This document shows, piece after piece, positions 53,779 to 63,046 of a DNA stretch of 64,000 nucleotides. The notes beneath the pieces are model-generated. The model searched no databases. It had not been told where the DNA came from and saw nothing but the letters and a program-made list of their open reading frames with translations. The stretch lies in NCBI GenBank assembly GCA_036253495.1, contig GCA_036253495.1_4125.1. One strand, given 5' to 3'. The first letter of the stretch is position 1. Each line of letters opens with the position of its first letter. This DNA is from a phage. The position numbers were made by a program, and so were the translations under genes.

Positions 53779-54210
53779 ATGTGGGTTAACGTTAATAGTA
53801 CTGAACTTAATGAAATTGATATCTTTGCATTTGTTAATCTGGAAACTGATACCTTTGTTCGTGGACGTTTGTTCATGAGTTCTTCCTGTGTTCGCAGTAT
53901 TGCAGTTATGGATGAACTCGGTCAGGTAATTGAGTGTCTACCATTACCTGCATGGGCATATAGCAGTACTGAAGAAGATGTAATGCATAAGATCTTTGAA
54001 GGTATCAATAAGCTACCTGGTGCAGATGTGAAGAATAAGATATTCAACATTGAGAATAAGAACTACAGTGCAGATGTACTGCGTCCTTTAGTTGATTCAG
54101 TACTGCAAGCTGCATTAGCTAAACCTAAGTGCATTATTTTAAAGTACATTCCAGAACTTTCCCTAACTAAAGAGGATATGAAAGGATTTATATTCTCATC
54201 GGAGTTGTGA
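53779..54210 (+). CDS. hypothetical protein
   Basis: ORF with ATG 53779. Confidence 0.5.
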   Translation: MWVNVNSTELNEIDIFAFVNLETDTFVRGRLFMSSSCVRSIAVMDELGQVIECLPLPAWAYSSTEEDVMHKIFEGINKLPGADVKNKIFNIENKNYSADVLRPLVDSVLQAALAKPKCIILKYIPELSLTKEDMKGFIFSSEL

Positions 54211-54434
54211 TGAAAAGGTATAAAATTGAATACCTACTTAAAGTAAGAGAGAAAAGTATTAGTAGTGAGAAATACACCAGTGAGATATTCGTCAGAGATG
54301 AGTATTACATTGGTGAAAATGAAGTTGAAGTACTGTTACAATGCATAGAAAATGAATTTCGAGATATGACACGTTATATGTCATTTGAGATATCGTGTGC
54401 AAAAGTTACATTCTTGAACAATACTTCATATTAA
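54210..54434 (+). CDS. hypothetical protein
   Basis: ATG 54210 overlapping upstream stop. Confidence 0.5.
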   Translation: MKRYKIEYLLKVREKSISSEKYTSEIFVRDEYYIGENEVEVLLQCIENEFRDMTRYMSFEISCAKVTFLNNTSY

Positions 54435-54438
54435 AAAA

Positions 54439-54478
54439 GGGTTGACTTTTGTTGACCCTTTTTGCTATTCTATAAATA
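54439..54478 (+). promoter_or_regulatory. terminator-promoter composite cassette with downstream TATAAATA (T4 late-promoter-like)
   Basis: Hairpin GGGTTGAC-TTTT-GTTGACCC plus T5; TTGACT 54442-54447; TATAAATA 54471-54478. Confidence 0.5.
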
Positions 54479-54524
54479 TAGACATAGAGAATATATAACA
54501 TGAAATCTATGGAGAGAAATCAAA

Positions 54525-56063
54525 ATGCCAGGTAAATTCACTGACAAAAACGGCGGCAATATGGCTGGACACTCTGATAAATGGAGTGATGAGAATCGTC
54601 GCAAAAATAGTTTCCAAGCGGGGCAAGGTTCCCGTGGCTCTCGCAACCAAGGAACGGGAGAAGCTGGGAAAGCAAACACAGTTGCATCACAGGGTCTTGA
54701 TACTTCAAACATGTCCCAGCATGAAAAATTGAAGTACTTCAATAGTCTTGGTCTTTTAAATCCGCAGCAGAAGCAACAACTTGCTGCTCTGGATAAAGCA
54801 CAAGAACAACCTAAAGCAGCACCTGAAGCACCTGCACAGCCTAAAGCGGCTAATCCGGTAAAAGAACTAAGTGATAAACTTGGGAAGATCTTTGCTAACA
54901 AACCACAACTAATTCAAGGTATCGTAAAAGCACTTCAAGCGGTTCCTAAAGAACAACTCAAGGATAAAGCACAAGCTGTTCTTGATAGTATGAAAGGGAA
55001 TACCAGTACTGAACCAACTGAAGTATTCAGTACTATCATGCGTGCACTTGAAGGTAAGCCACAGGCCGATGATGATATTGAGTTTGATGAACCTGCACAA
55101 GAAGTAGCAAATCTTGACTCAATCGTTTCTACATTTGGAAAAATTGGTGCAGAAGATAAGACTAATGCACAACAAGTTAAGAATGTACAAGCTAAGTTAC
55201 AAAATCGTCTTGAAGGTAAAGATGAAAAGATTAAACTTGCAGCAGATGCGTTGAAGAAAGCATTAGAATCATATAAACCTGGTGAGAAATCTCGCTTCAT
55301 TACTGCAATGAATGCAGTATTCGGTGCAATGAAAAAGTATGAAGCTGAACACGGTGAGAAAGTAACTCCTGATGGATATCTCCTTCGAAAAGATGAAGAA
55401 GGTGCTGTTGACCAGAAGGACGCTGAACCAGACTATGGTGATTTACCGGATACAGTTGATATGGATGGTTACATTCATCGTCCTGATATGCAAGAATTTG
55501 GTTCAGACAAAGAAGGTTTTGAACATGCTATGGCTGTGTACAAAGCATTAGTCGATAATCCACAATATGCAAATAGTTTTGTAGATGAGTTTGATAGTGC
55601 ATGGAACAACTACCAAGACAAAGGATATGATTTCCCAGCAGAAGCAGCATTCTTTGAACTAGGTAAACTTCTTGCTAAAAATGGTATTAATGTTGGTTCT
55701 AATGGTGAAGCAAACACTTCAGAAATGGACGCTGAATTGGCTAAAGATCGTGAAATGACTGATAAGTCAATTCATGAACTACAAAAGCTAATGATGTGGA
55801 TTGCTGAAATTGGTAAGAAAGCTGGTGCAGATCCTAAGAGCATTAACAGCAATATTAGTTGGATTAAACATAAGGTTGATAACAATGCCCGTAAATTACA
55901 AAAGGCATGGACCGACCTAGTGAATGGTGCAGACGATGTTGATATCGATTCACCGGAAGCATACGAGTACGCATTGAACACACTTGATAACTCTTTCCAG
56001 GATTACGAAAATGGTAACGTAACTGATTGGGAAAAGGATATCATGCATAAGTACGGTAAATGA
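54525..56063 (+). CDS. Ala/Lys/Gln-rich low-complexity protein (possible virion internal protein)
   Basis: 512-aa ORF, GC-richer codon usage than neighbours; flanked by strong terminator-promoter cassettes. Confidence 0.6.
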   Translation: MPGKFTDKNGGNMAGHSDKWSDENRRKNSFQAGQGSRGSRNQGTGEAGKANTVASQGLDTSNMSQHEKLKYFNSLGLLNPQQKQQLAALDKAQEQPKAAPEAPAQPKAANPVKELSDKLGKIFANKPQLIQGIVKALQAVPKEQLKDKAQAVLDSMKGNTSTEPTEVFSTIMRALEGKPQADDDIEFDEPAQEVANLDSIVSTFGKIGAEDKTNAQQVKNVQAKLQNRLEGKDEKIKLAADALKKALESYKPGEKSRFITAMNAVFGAMKKYEAEHGEKVTPDGYLLRKDEEGAVDQKDAEPDYGDLPDTVDMDGYIHRPDMQEFGSDKEGFEHAMAVYKALVDNPQYANSFVDEFDSAWNNYQDKGYDFPAEAAFFELGKLLAKNGINVGSNGEANTSEMDAELAKDREMTDKSIHELQKLMMWIAEIGKKAGADPKSINSNISWIKHKVDNNARKLQKAWTDLVNGADDVDIDSPEAYEYALNTLDNSFQDYENGNVTDWEKDIMHKYGK

Positions 56064-56072
56064 TAAAAAAGA

Positions 56073-56104
56073 GGTTGACTTCGGTCAGCCTTTTTTGCTA
56101 TAAT
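56073..56104 (+). promoter_or_regulatory. terminator-promoter composite cassette
   Basis: Hairpin GGTTGAC-TTCG-GTCAGCC plus T6; TTGACT 56075-56080 and TATAAT 56099-56104. Confidence 0.65.
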
Positions 56105-56131
56105 ACTCACATAACCTAAAGGAGAAACTCT

Positions 56132-56407
56132 ATGAACACATACGAACGTTTAGTTGGCTCAATGCGTTATGAAGAAATTTTAAGTGATATCGAAGAACTG
56201 AAAGACTCGAAAAGTTACATCCACTTAGATGAACTTATCGTGAAGTATGGGGAGGTTGGTGCAAAAGAATTAATTTGCTTTATGGTTCATGTTCGAAATT
56301 TAAATTACTTTGATCTTTCATCGAAGAACGGTGAACCGAATCTTTATTATCTATATTATTTGAAACATAAAGATGCATGTAATAAATTATTCTTAGAACT
56401 TTTATAA
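56132..56407 (+). CDS. hypothetical protein
   Basis: AAGGAGAA RBS. Confidence 0.5.
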   Translation: MNTYERLVGSMRYEEILSDIEELKDSKSYIHLDELIVKYGEVGAKELICFMVHVRNLNYFDLSSKNGEPNLYYLYYLKHKDACNKLFLELL

Positions 56408-56420
56408 CTGGAGATATCTA

Positions 56421-56681
56421 ATGCAAAACCCTGAATTGAAAATGTTTACACAAATCCGTCTTGCTCGTGTTGAACATGACACTAACTATGTACTGAACGA
56501 TGGTCCTCCACAACGCGTTGAAGTTGGTTATATTGACGTTGATAATTCACAATCTCTTCTGATTACCATTGGTTCTAACTCTTACAGTGTTGCTACACTG
56601 GAGAGTGTATTGTCCTTGGCACAATCCGCAAGGATTGCCCGTAACGCTCTTATGAACTGTGATGAACCTGATAATGAATGA
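56421..56681 (+). CDS. hypothetical protein
   Basis: GGAGAT RBS. Confidence 0.5.
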   Translation: MQNPELKMFTQIRLARVEHDTNYVLNDGPPQRVEVGYIDVDNSQSLLITIGSNSYSVATLESVLSLAQSARIARNALMNCDEPDNE

Positions 56682-57012
56682 TTATATGTATGAATTAAAC
56701 ATGATATCGTTTGTTTTATCGGGTATCGGATGGATGTACTATATGCTTGGGTATATTTTATTATTCTTCCGATACAATACATTCTACAAACGCTATTGGG
56801 ATGATGCACCAATTCACTTCTTCGCATTTGTATTCTTAACTATGGCAGTGGGTGAAGTACTGCTAACTGGTATCCAAAATACTGGTGGAATGATGTGCAC
56901 ACTAACAACATTCTTTGTTGTTTTTGGGACTGTAGTTTGGTTTTTCGCGTGGGGACTCTTCTCTTTGATTATGAAACTTGAGAAACTCCGAGACAAATTA
57001 CCAGAGCGTTGA
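56674..57012 (+). CDS. membrane protein
   Basis: ATG overlapping upstream stop; hydrophobic helices; start uncertain. Confidence 0.45.
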   Translation: MNDYMYELNMISFVLSGIGWMYYMLGYILLFFRYNTFYKRYWDDAPIHFFAFVFLTMAVGEVLLTGIQNTGGMMCTLTTFFVVFGTVVWFFAWGLFSLIMKLEKLRDKLPER

Positions 57013-57013
57013 T

Positions 57014-57041
57014 GAAAAGTATTTGACAAACTCAACTAGTA
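57014..57041 (+). promoter_or_regulatory. sigma70-type promoter with GTACTG-TATAAT extended -10
   Basis: TTGACA 57014-57019, TATAAT 57036-57041. Confidence 0.6.
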
Positions 57042-57097
57042 CTGTATAATGTTTATCAAGGGGATGAACTTCTCATCCCTACAATCGAGGAACTACC

Positions 57098-57652
57098 ATG
57101 ATTACTTTTAAGAAAACTGCCAACCACATCCATGAAATCTACATTAACGGTCACAAAGCTGGCCTTCTTCGTTTACTCGCCCATCATCCTGATGCTACCG
57201 TATCTGATAATGAACCTAAAGATTGGCGTGTCTTTTTCTTTGGGAAGTACAGTGATTTTCAAGTATCAAACCTGAAGAACATTCGTTCAGTATGCACGTT
57301 AACTGAAATTAAAGAAAAGTTAGCCAAAGCATTGAAAACTAATCCAGATGGTGTTCTTCCACCTGATAACTTTGTAGAGAAAGGATATGCCTTAGCTCAT
57401 TTCAAAGATGGTACTATTCAATCTATCAGTACTGAATATGAATACCAATGGACTGAGTACTTCACTTATGGCTCCCGTGATACTTTGATGGCTTCACGTA
57501 GTAAATTGGAAGAAGTACTGACTCGTATGAATGAACGCGAGCGTCAGTACTATGACAAACCAGAAATGTGGAGTTCAACTTACATTGACCGTATTGACTA
57601 TGTTATGATGACTCCAATCTTTGACACTGCTTACTATGATTCTTTGAAATAA
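57098..57652 (+). CDS. hypothetical protein
   Basis: GAGGAA RBS. Confidence 0.55.
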   Translation: MITFKKTANHIHEIYINGHKAGLLRLLAHHPDATVSDNEPKDWRVFFFGKYSDFQVSNLKNIRSVCTLTEIKEKLAKALKTNPDGVLPPDNFVEKGYALAHFKDGTIQSISTEYEYQWTEYFTYGSRDTLMASRSKLEEVLTRMNERERQYYDKPEMWSSTYIDRIDYVMMTPIFDTAYYDSLK

Positions 57653-57663
57653 GGATAACTTAT

Positions 57664-57840
57664 ATGAAACTACGTACTCGTAATCGACTGATGGATGCCC
57701 TATATCATGAACAGTGTTCATTAAATGAAGTAAAGCGTCAGTTAATGTACACATATCAGTTACCCGCTCGTGTTGCAAAACAACGTGCTAACGAATTGCT
57801 GAAAGAAGCAATCGAGTACTGGGAATCTGATTCGTACTAA
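57664..57840 (+). CDS. small hypothetical protein (58 aa)
   Basis: AAGGATAA RBS; below ORF-track cutoff. Confidence 0.4.
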   Translation: MKLRTRNRLMDALYHEQCSLNEVKRQLMYTYQLPARVAKQRANELLKEAIEYWESDSY

Positions 57841-57879
57841 TATTACGTGATATGTCACGTTAATTAAGTGAGGCGATAA

Positions 57880-58131
57880 ATGAAAATTTTATTAGTTCTA
57901 ATACTACTAATTGTTTTACCATTTACTTTAGTATCCCCTGAACTTGCATGGAATGTGTTTGTGTACTTAGTATGTACTATTGTAGTAAATGGTATCTTGT
58001 TCTTAGTTCTATTCATAAATGGAATAGGACACGGTGGAGGATGGACCAGTACTGCTGATATTGTACATAAAACCACTATGTCTTTATTTGTAGTGTGGAA
58101 TTTATTCTGGACTTGGTTTGTGTTCTTCTAA
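57880..58131 (+). CDS. small membrane protein
   Basis: GAGGCG RBS; hydrophobic helices. Confidence 0.5.
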   Translation: MKILLVLILLIVLPFTLVSPELAWNVFVYLVCTIVVNGILFLVLFINGIGHGGGWTSTADIVHKTTMSLFVVWNLFWTWFVFF

Positions 58132-58140
58132 TTAAAAAAT

Positions 58141-58512
58141 ATGAATATAGATTTGAAAGGTGCAACACGAACTGTCATACTCATTGGGGAATATGCTATC
58201 AAGATTCCAACCTTCAAAAGCTGGAAGTTATTCCTAATTGGAATGATAGCTAACCTCAATGAACGCTCATGGATGCAGTACTCCAAGCGTAGTGATAGTG
58301 GGATATGTCCTACTCTGTGGTCATCGCGAACTGGCTTAATAACAGTACAGAAACGTTGTAAGCCAGTACAACATAGGGGTTTGTTTTGGGTGGAGTTGAG
58401 TGCATTAGCATTGAATTCAGAGTTGAGTACTGACTTCTTCTATTCAGATGCGAAGCCAGAAAACTTTGGATATTTGAATGGTAAGTTAGTTAAGCTTGAT
58501 TATGGAGATTGA
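58141..58512 (+). CDS. mini protein-kinase-like ORF
   Basis: G-rich loop then AIK; later DAKPEN and LDYGD resembling catalytic-loop and DFG-type motifs; only 123 aa. Confidence 0.4.
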   Translation: MNIDLKGATRTVILIGEYAIKIPTFKSWKLFLIGMIANLNERSWMQYSKRSDSGICPTLWSSRTGLITVQKRCKPVQHRGLFWVELSALALNSELSTDFFYSDAKPENFGYLNGKLVKLDYGD

Positions 58513-58597
58513 TAAGTTTATGGAAATTGTTTTAATCGTTGCATTTGTTACATTAGTATGTACTACCATTTAATATATTTTACGAGGATAATGTGAA

Positions 58598-58927
58598 ATG
58601 AAAAAACTACTAACTATTTTAGTACTATCTGCTATTACGTTGACGGCTGGATGTACCGTTAAAAAAGATTTATTCCCTGTTGGTGGAAGTAAAGCTGATG
58701 GTGTTATTAGGCTTGGATACACATTCGACCAGCGATCTGAAATTCCATTAATTGATTTGGAACAGGGATTGTATGTAGCTACTAAACGATGCCAAAAGTG
58801 GGGATATTCAGGTGCTGAAATTTTTGGTGGCTCCACAACAATGTGTTCTGACCAACGTCCACTGGGGTGTGTTGCAACAAATGTCACATATGAATATCAA
58901 TGTACTGGTGACTTAAAAGAAAAATAA
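58598..58927 (+). CDS. putative lipoprotein
   Basis: GAGGATAA RBS; signal peptide with lipobox-like LTAGC. Confidence 0.55.
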   Translation: MKKLLTILVLSAITLTAGCTVKKDLFPVGGSKADGVIRLGYTFDQRSEIPLIDLEQGLYVATKRCQKWGYSGAEIFGGSTTMCSDQRPLGCVATNVTYEYQCTGDLKEK

Positions 58928-58937
58928 TCTTTTACAT

Positions 58938-58970
58938 GGGTTGACTTCGTTCAGCCCTTTTTGCTATAAT
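58938..58970 (+). promoter_or_regulatory. terminator-promoter composite cassette
   Basis: Hairpin GGGTTGA...TCAGCCC plus T5; TTGACT 58941-58946 and TATAAT 58965-58970. Confidence 0.65.
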
Positions 58971-58998
58971 TATTTCATCAAGACGAGAGGATGAATAC

Positions 58999-59436
58999 AT
59001 GACCCGCATTAACTTAGTACACGTTAAAGAACTTGCTGACCAACATCTGATGGCTGAATATCGTGAACTTCCACGTGTATTTGGTGCTGTACAAAAACAT
59101 GTTCAAGCACGTAAGCGTGTACGTGATTTCAAAATTAACAGTACTTATCTGTTAGGTTCAGGTCATGTAACATTCTTCTACGACAAGTTACTATACTTAC
59201 AGAAGCGTCATATTGATATTGTTAACGAATGTTTGCGTCGTGGTATGAAGATTCAAAACACTGAAGTAAACGACATTAGCGGCTTCCCTGCTGAGTTTTG
59301 TAATGACTACGTACCATCGGAGTCCGAGATTAAAACATCACGCGAGCGTTTGATTGAGAAGCTTCAGATGAAGCCTAAGTGGTATAAGTTTACTGATGTT
59401 GAGCTACCTATATATTATGTTGATATGATACAATGA
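58999..59436 (+). CDS. denV: endonuclease V (pyrimidine-dimer DNA glycosylase/AP lyase), T4 DenV homolog
   Basis: Near-identical N-terminal block MTRINL...[21 protein letters not shown] and [10 protein letters not shown] core match T4 endonuclease V as I recall it; GAGAGG RBS. Confidence 0.9.
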   Translation: MTRINLVHVKELADQHLMAEYRELPRVFGAVQKHVQARKRVRDFKINSTYLLGSGHVTFFYDKLLYLQKRHIDIVNECLRRGMKIQNTEVNDISGFPAEFCNDYVPSESEIKTSRERLIEKLQMKPKWYKFTDVELPIYYVDMIQ

Positions 59437-59660
59437 ATGATGAAGAATTCAAAAAATATGCGATTGCGAAGCTTGATTCATACAAGTCACGCGAAACGTA
59501 TAAATTTAATCCTGATAAAACAAAAGCATCTATAAGATGGATGATTAATTCACCCAAATATACATTTGACGAAAAATATTCATGGATAGTGCAATGTAGT
59601 GATTATGAGGATTTGGTATATAATATTAAACTGTGTTGGTATGAATACAACAATAAATGA
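59433..59660 (+). CDS. hypothetical protein
   Basis: ATGA overlap with denV. Confidence 0.5.
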   Translation: MNDEEFKKYAIAKLDSYKSRETYKFNPDKTKASIRWMINSPKYTFDEKYSWIVQCSDYEDLVYNIKLCWYEYNNK

Positions 59661-59666
59661 TATAAG

Positions 59667-59699
59667 GGGTTGACTTCGGTCAGCCCTTTTTGCTATAAT
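59667..59699 (+). promoter_or_regulatory. terminator-promoter composite cassette
   Basis: Hairpin GGGTTGAC-TTCG-GTCAGCCC plus T5; TTGACT 59670-59675 and TATAAT 59694-59699. Confidence 0.7.
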
Positions 59700-59725
59700 C
59701 ATTTCATCAACTCAAGAGGTAATAC

Positions 59726-59965
59726 ATGAAACTATCTTTTATACGTTTAGCAGAATTCTTCGGTACTGATATAATTACTTTACAACAAATTGCAGACAAT
59801 ACTTCATTAAGCACACAAGAAGTACTTGACTTAGATGTGATAGAGTGTGATAATACTTCTATCGATTATAAAGAAGGTCTTGTCGAAAAAGATAAGATTC
59901 AGGCTAAGATTAATGGTGCTGGACGGGTTCAGTACTGGAAAGGGGTTTTAAGTAATGCGTGTTGA
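59726..59965 (+). CDS. hypothetical protein
   Basis: GAGG RBS. Confidence 0.5.
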   Translation: MKLSFIRLAEFFGTDIITLQQIADNTSLSTQEVLDLDVIECDNTSIDYKEGLVEKDKIQAKINGAGRVQYWKGVLSNAC

Positions 59966-61289
59966 TATTAAAGTACCTTTTAAATGTGAACCACTGAAAT
60001 TTGTCCAAGATTATGAAATATCTAAAACTATCGAATTTAGTGAAACCGCTTCAAAACTTGATATTAGTAGGAAAATTTTAGGTGAAAAGTATCCAGATGT
60101 AATATGGGATGATTTCAATCCATATAATATGGAAAAAGATGAAATGTGTAAAGACGAAATTATTGGCTTTGTTCGTATGGGAGTTCAAAATCTAAAATAT
60201 TATGCATATATATGTCAAAAATGCTCGACAAATTCAAAACAAAATGGTTTAGGTATATTTTTTACATTAAAAAGATATATTAAAAATAAAATTACATGTA
60301 TGTGCTCAAAAACACCACTATATACAAATTATCAACGAACTATACAACTTCATAATAAATCTATAAGTTTAGGTTATGTGTTTATTGGATATAATAAAGA
60401 AAAACAAATAACTTCGGATGCTAAAATAAAACTAGGATGTTATAATCATGGTATGTGGGATACTATAACAATAAATTCGTATAACACCAACTCACGCGGC
60501 TGTTCAAAATGTGCTGGTGTTCATTCACCATCACAGGAAGAAGCAAATGAAAAAATAAAACAAATTTGTAATGAAAATAAATTAGTATTTCAACCTTTCC
60601 TATATAAAAATAATAAAACTAAAATTTTTGTAAGATGTTTGGTATGTAATGAATCATGGGAGTCAAACTATTTTAAACTTTATACCATGAAATATGGTTG
60701 CCAACGTTGTGTAGGAACAAAAAAGTTAACTACTGAGATTTCTACAGGAATTGTATCAGATTATTGTACAAAATATAAGTTGACTTTCATTCCATTTGTG
60801 TATGATAATAATAAGATGAAAATATCTCTACGTTGTGATATTTGTTCACATGAATGGATAACACCATTCAATGGTATTACTAATAGAATGGGGTGTCCAA
60901 GATGTAATCCAACTGAAGCAATACGTATTTCTAAAGATTTAGATCCATTAATAGATGATTTTCAGCCGGAAAAGAAATTCCTTGAACTTGGAAAGATGCG
61001 ATTTGATAGATTCAGTCAACGATTAAACATTCTGTTTGAATATGATGGGGAACAACACTTTATTTCCAATAGGGTTTGGCATTCTACTACATCTAAGTTT
61101 GAATCTTCTCGTGAACGTGACAGTATAAAAACAGAATACGCAATAAAAAATGGATATAACTTCATTCGTATTGCGTATTATGAAGACCATATTGGAGCAT
61201 TGAAATCTTTCCTTAAACTCATTGAAGAGAATCCAGGAAAGCAAATCGTACAGATCTATGGTGATGTTCAAATCTTAGACAAGAAATAA
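59955..61289 (+). CDS. putative homing-type endonuclease with tandem Zn-ribbon repeats and C-terminal Vsr/DUF559-like nuclease domain
   Basis: Repeated CxxC modules (CQKC, CSKC, CQRC, CPRC) in about 45-aa repeats; C-terminal FDRFSQRLNILFEYDGEQHF...RDSIKTEYAIKNGYNFIRIAY. Confidence 0.55.
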   Translation: MRVDIKVPFKCEPLKFVQDYEISKTIEFSETASKLDISRKILGEKYPDVIWDDFNPYNMEKDEMCKDEIIGFVRMGVQNLKYYAYICQKCSTNSKQNGLGIFFTLKRYIKNKITCMCSKTPLYTNYQRTIQLHNKSISLGYVFIGYNKEKQITSDAKIKLGCYNHGMWDTITINSYNTNSRGCSKCAGVHSPSQEEANEKIKQICNENKLVFQPFLYKNNKTKIFVRCLVCNESWESNYFKLYTMKYGCQRCVGTKKLTTEISTGIVSDYCTKYKLTFIPFVYDNNKMKISLRCDICSHEWITPFNGITNRMGCPRCNPTEAIRISKDLDPLIDDFQPEKKFLELGKMRFDRFSQRLNILFEYDGEQHFISNRVWHSTTSKFESSRERDSIKTEYAIKNGYNFIRIAYYEDHIGALKSFLKLIEENPGKQIVQIYGDVQILDKK

Positions 61290-61299
61290 CAATACAAAA

Positions 61300-61332
61300 G
61301 GGTTGACTTCGGTCAGCCCTTTTTGCTATAAT
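61300..61332 (+). promoter_or_regulatory. terminator-promoter composite cassette
   Basis: Hairpin GGGTTGAC-TTCG-GTCAGCCC plus T5; TTGACT 61303-61308 and TATAAT 61327-61332. Confidence 0.7.
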
Positions 61333-61360
61333 TATTTCATCAACTGATGAGGACAACGAA

Positions 61361-62131
61361 ATGACCAGAGAAGCACGCAGCATTCAAATTCAGAAAAACT
61401 TCAACTCCATGATGGTTGCTCTTGAGTGTTTGCTCGATGATAGCAGTACTGTAAAAAGTATGGTTGTCAGCGGTGCTCCTGGTGTTGGTAAGACTTACAC
61501 CCTCTCTAAACGCCTCCAGAAAGCACATGACGCGGCAGAATGGAACGTAGCTACCATCAGTGGTAAAATGACCACTCTGGCTCTGTACGAAGTTCTGTAC
61601 AAGAATCGTCATAGCACCAACGTGTTAGTACTGGATGATATGGACAGCATCTTTGATTCAGAAGACGGTATGAACCTGCTCAAAGCAGTACTGGATAGTG
61701 GCAAGCGTACTGTTTCTTATATGACTAGCTCGAAGTATCTGAGCAGCAACGGTATCCCTAACAGCTTTGATTTTAATGGTCGCATCGTATTCATTACTAA
61801 CAAAGATTTAGCACTGAATGCTAAAGCTAAAACTAAAATGTCTGCTCACTATGCTGCTCTTATGTCTCGCTCTGTATACGTTGACTTACAGATCCAGACC
61901 AAAAGCGATATCATGATTCACATTGAGAACGTGATGAACCAGACCAACATTCTGGAATCTAAGGGTATTAACAGTAATGGTAGTAAAGCAATCCTGAACT
62001 GGATGTTGAAGCACGAAGATTCACTTCGTTCACCTTCACTGCGTATGCCACTGTTGATTTCGGCAGTATATAACAACAACCCATACGATTGGGAAGAGCA
62101 ATGTGAAAACTTGTTCCTGGAGAAAAATTAA
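61361..62131 (+). CDS. P-loop NTPase (AAA-like ATPase)
   Basis: Walker A GAPGVGKT, Walker B VLVLDDMD; GC-richer codon usage (CTG, CGT, ACC) than neighbours. Confidence 0.65.
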   Translation: MTREARSIQIQKNFNSMMVALECLLDDSSTVKSMVVSGAPGVGKTYTLSKRLQKAHDAAEWNVATISGKMTTLALYEVLYKNRHSTNVLVLDDMDSIFDSEDGMNLLKAVLDSGKRTVSYMTSSKYLSSNGIPNSFDFNGRIVFITNKDLALNAKAKTKMSAHYAALMSRSVYVDLQIQTKSDIMIHIENVMNQTNILESKGINSNGSKAILNWMLKHEDSLRSPSLRMPLLISAVYNNNPYDWEEQCENLFLEKN

Positions 62132-62158
62132 TTGATAACATATAACATCGATAAGGTC

Positions 62159-62350
62159 ATGTTATTATATGCATGTATTAACATGATTGTCGTTTTAGTT
62201 AAAGTTTATAGATGGTTTCATACACTTGATATTGATACTGAAAAGGAGTATAATCCTCAAGAAGCACCACTGGGTTTAAAAGTTATTGTTTTAATTACTG
62301 TAGTGTCTGTATACATGGTATTACTATCAACTATGATTAAGTTCACTTAA
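62159..62350 (+). CDS. small membrane protein
   Basis: ATG 62159 (track start 62132 is TTG); hydrophobic helices. Confidence 0.4.
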   Translation: MLLYACINMIVVLVKVYRWFHTLDIDTEKEYNPQEAPLGLKVIVLITVVSVYMVLLSTMIKFT

Positions 62351-62360
62351 CGAGGAACAT

Positions 62361-62693
62361 ATGATTAATTTATTTTCAACTGAGGTTATGATTAAAATTA
62401 CATTAGTATACATGTGTCTATTCGTATACTACCACGCTCTCATCGGAATCTTGTGGTTCTTTAAGAAAGGTCGTCTTCTTGAGAAATTGTACCCAGACTA
62501 TATGATATTGTATACAATTGTCCAGGGTGTAGGAATAGTACTGGGAATTCTAGTGCACTTGATATATTTGTTTGAACCACACCTTCCGTGTATTACACAA
62601 TACATTGTATTCGGAACTACTATTATGTGGCTTGTAATGATGGGTGTGTATGGTCTGTATTTGTACAGGAAACGTATAGTGGGAGATTTCTAA
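62361..62693 (+). CDS. small multi-TM membrane protein (tandem paralog array)
   Basis: GAGGAA RBS; WFFKKGRLLE motif. Confidence 0.5.
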   Translation: MINLFSTEVMIKITLVYMCLFVYYHALIGILWFFKKGRLLEKLYPDYMILYTIVQGVGIVLGILVHLIYLFEPHLPCITQYIVFGTTIMWLVMMGVYGLYLYRKRIVGDF

Positions 62694-63046
62694 TGCAAGA
62701 GATTATAAAATGGTTGACAACCAGTGATATTGCTAGTACACTGAACTATGTACTCATTATCTTATATCCGTTTTTGATGGTTCTAAACTTCATTGGATGG
62801 TATTTCAAACGTCCAATTTACTACAAGATTAATAATTCAGAGTACTATGAAAGTGTTGTAATTGCAACCTCAATCACGTATACTATGGGTGCAGTTCTTA
62901 CAGTCATAGGATTAGGTCAAGGTGATAATCTTAACTTTATGCTATGTACCTTTGTTATGATATGTATTCCAACACTAATTGTAATTCTATCGAATATTGT
63001 GTGGAAAAAAATGTTATTTGCACGCAACAAAATACCGGAGGCATAA
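62693..63046 (+). CDS. small multi-TM membrane protein (tandem paralog array)
   Basis: TAATG overlap; WYFKRPIYY motif. Confidence 0.5.
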   Translation: MQEIIKWLTTSDIASTLNYVLIILYPFLMVLNFIGWYFKRPIYYKINNSEYYESVVIATSITYTMGAVLTVIGLGQGDNLNFMLCTFVMICIPTLIVILSNIVWKKMLFARNKIPEA

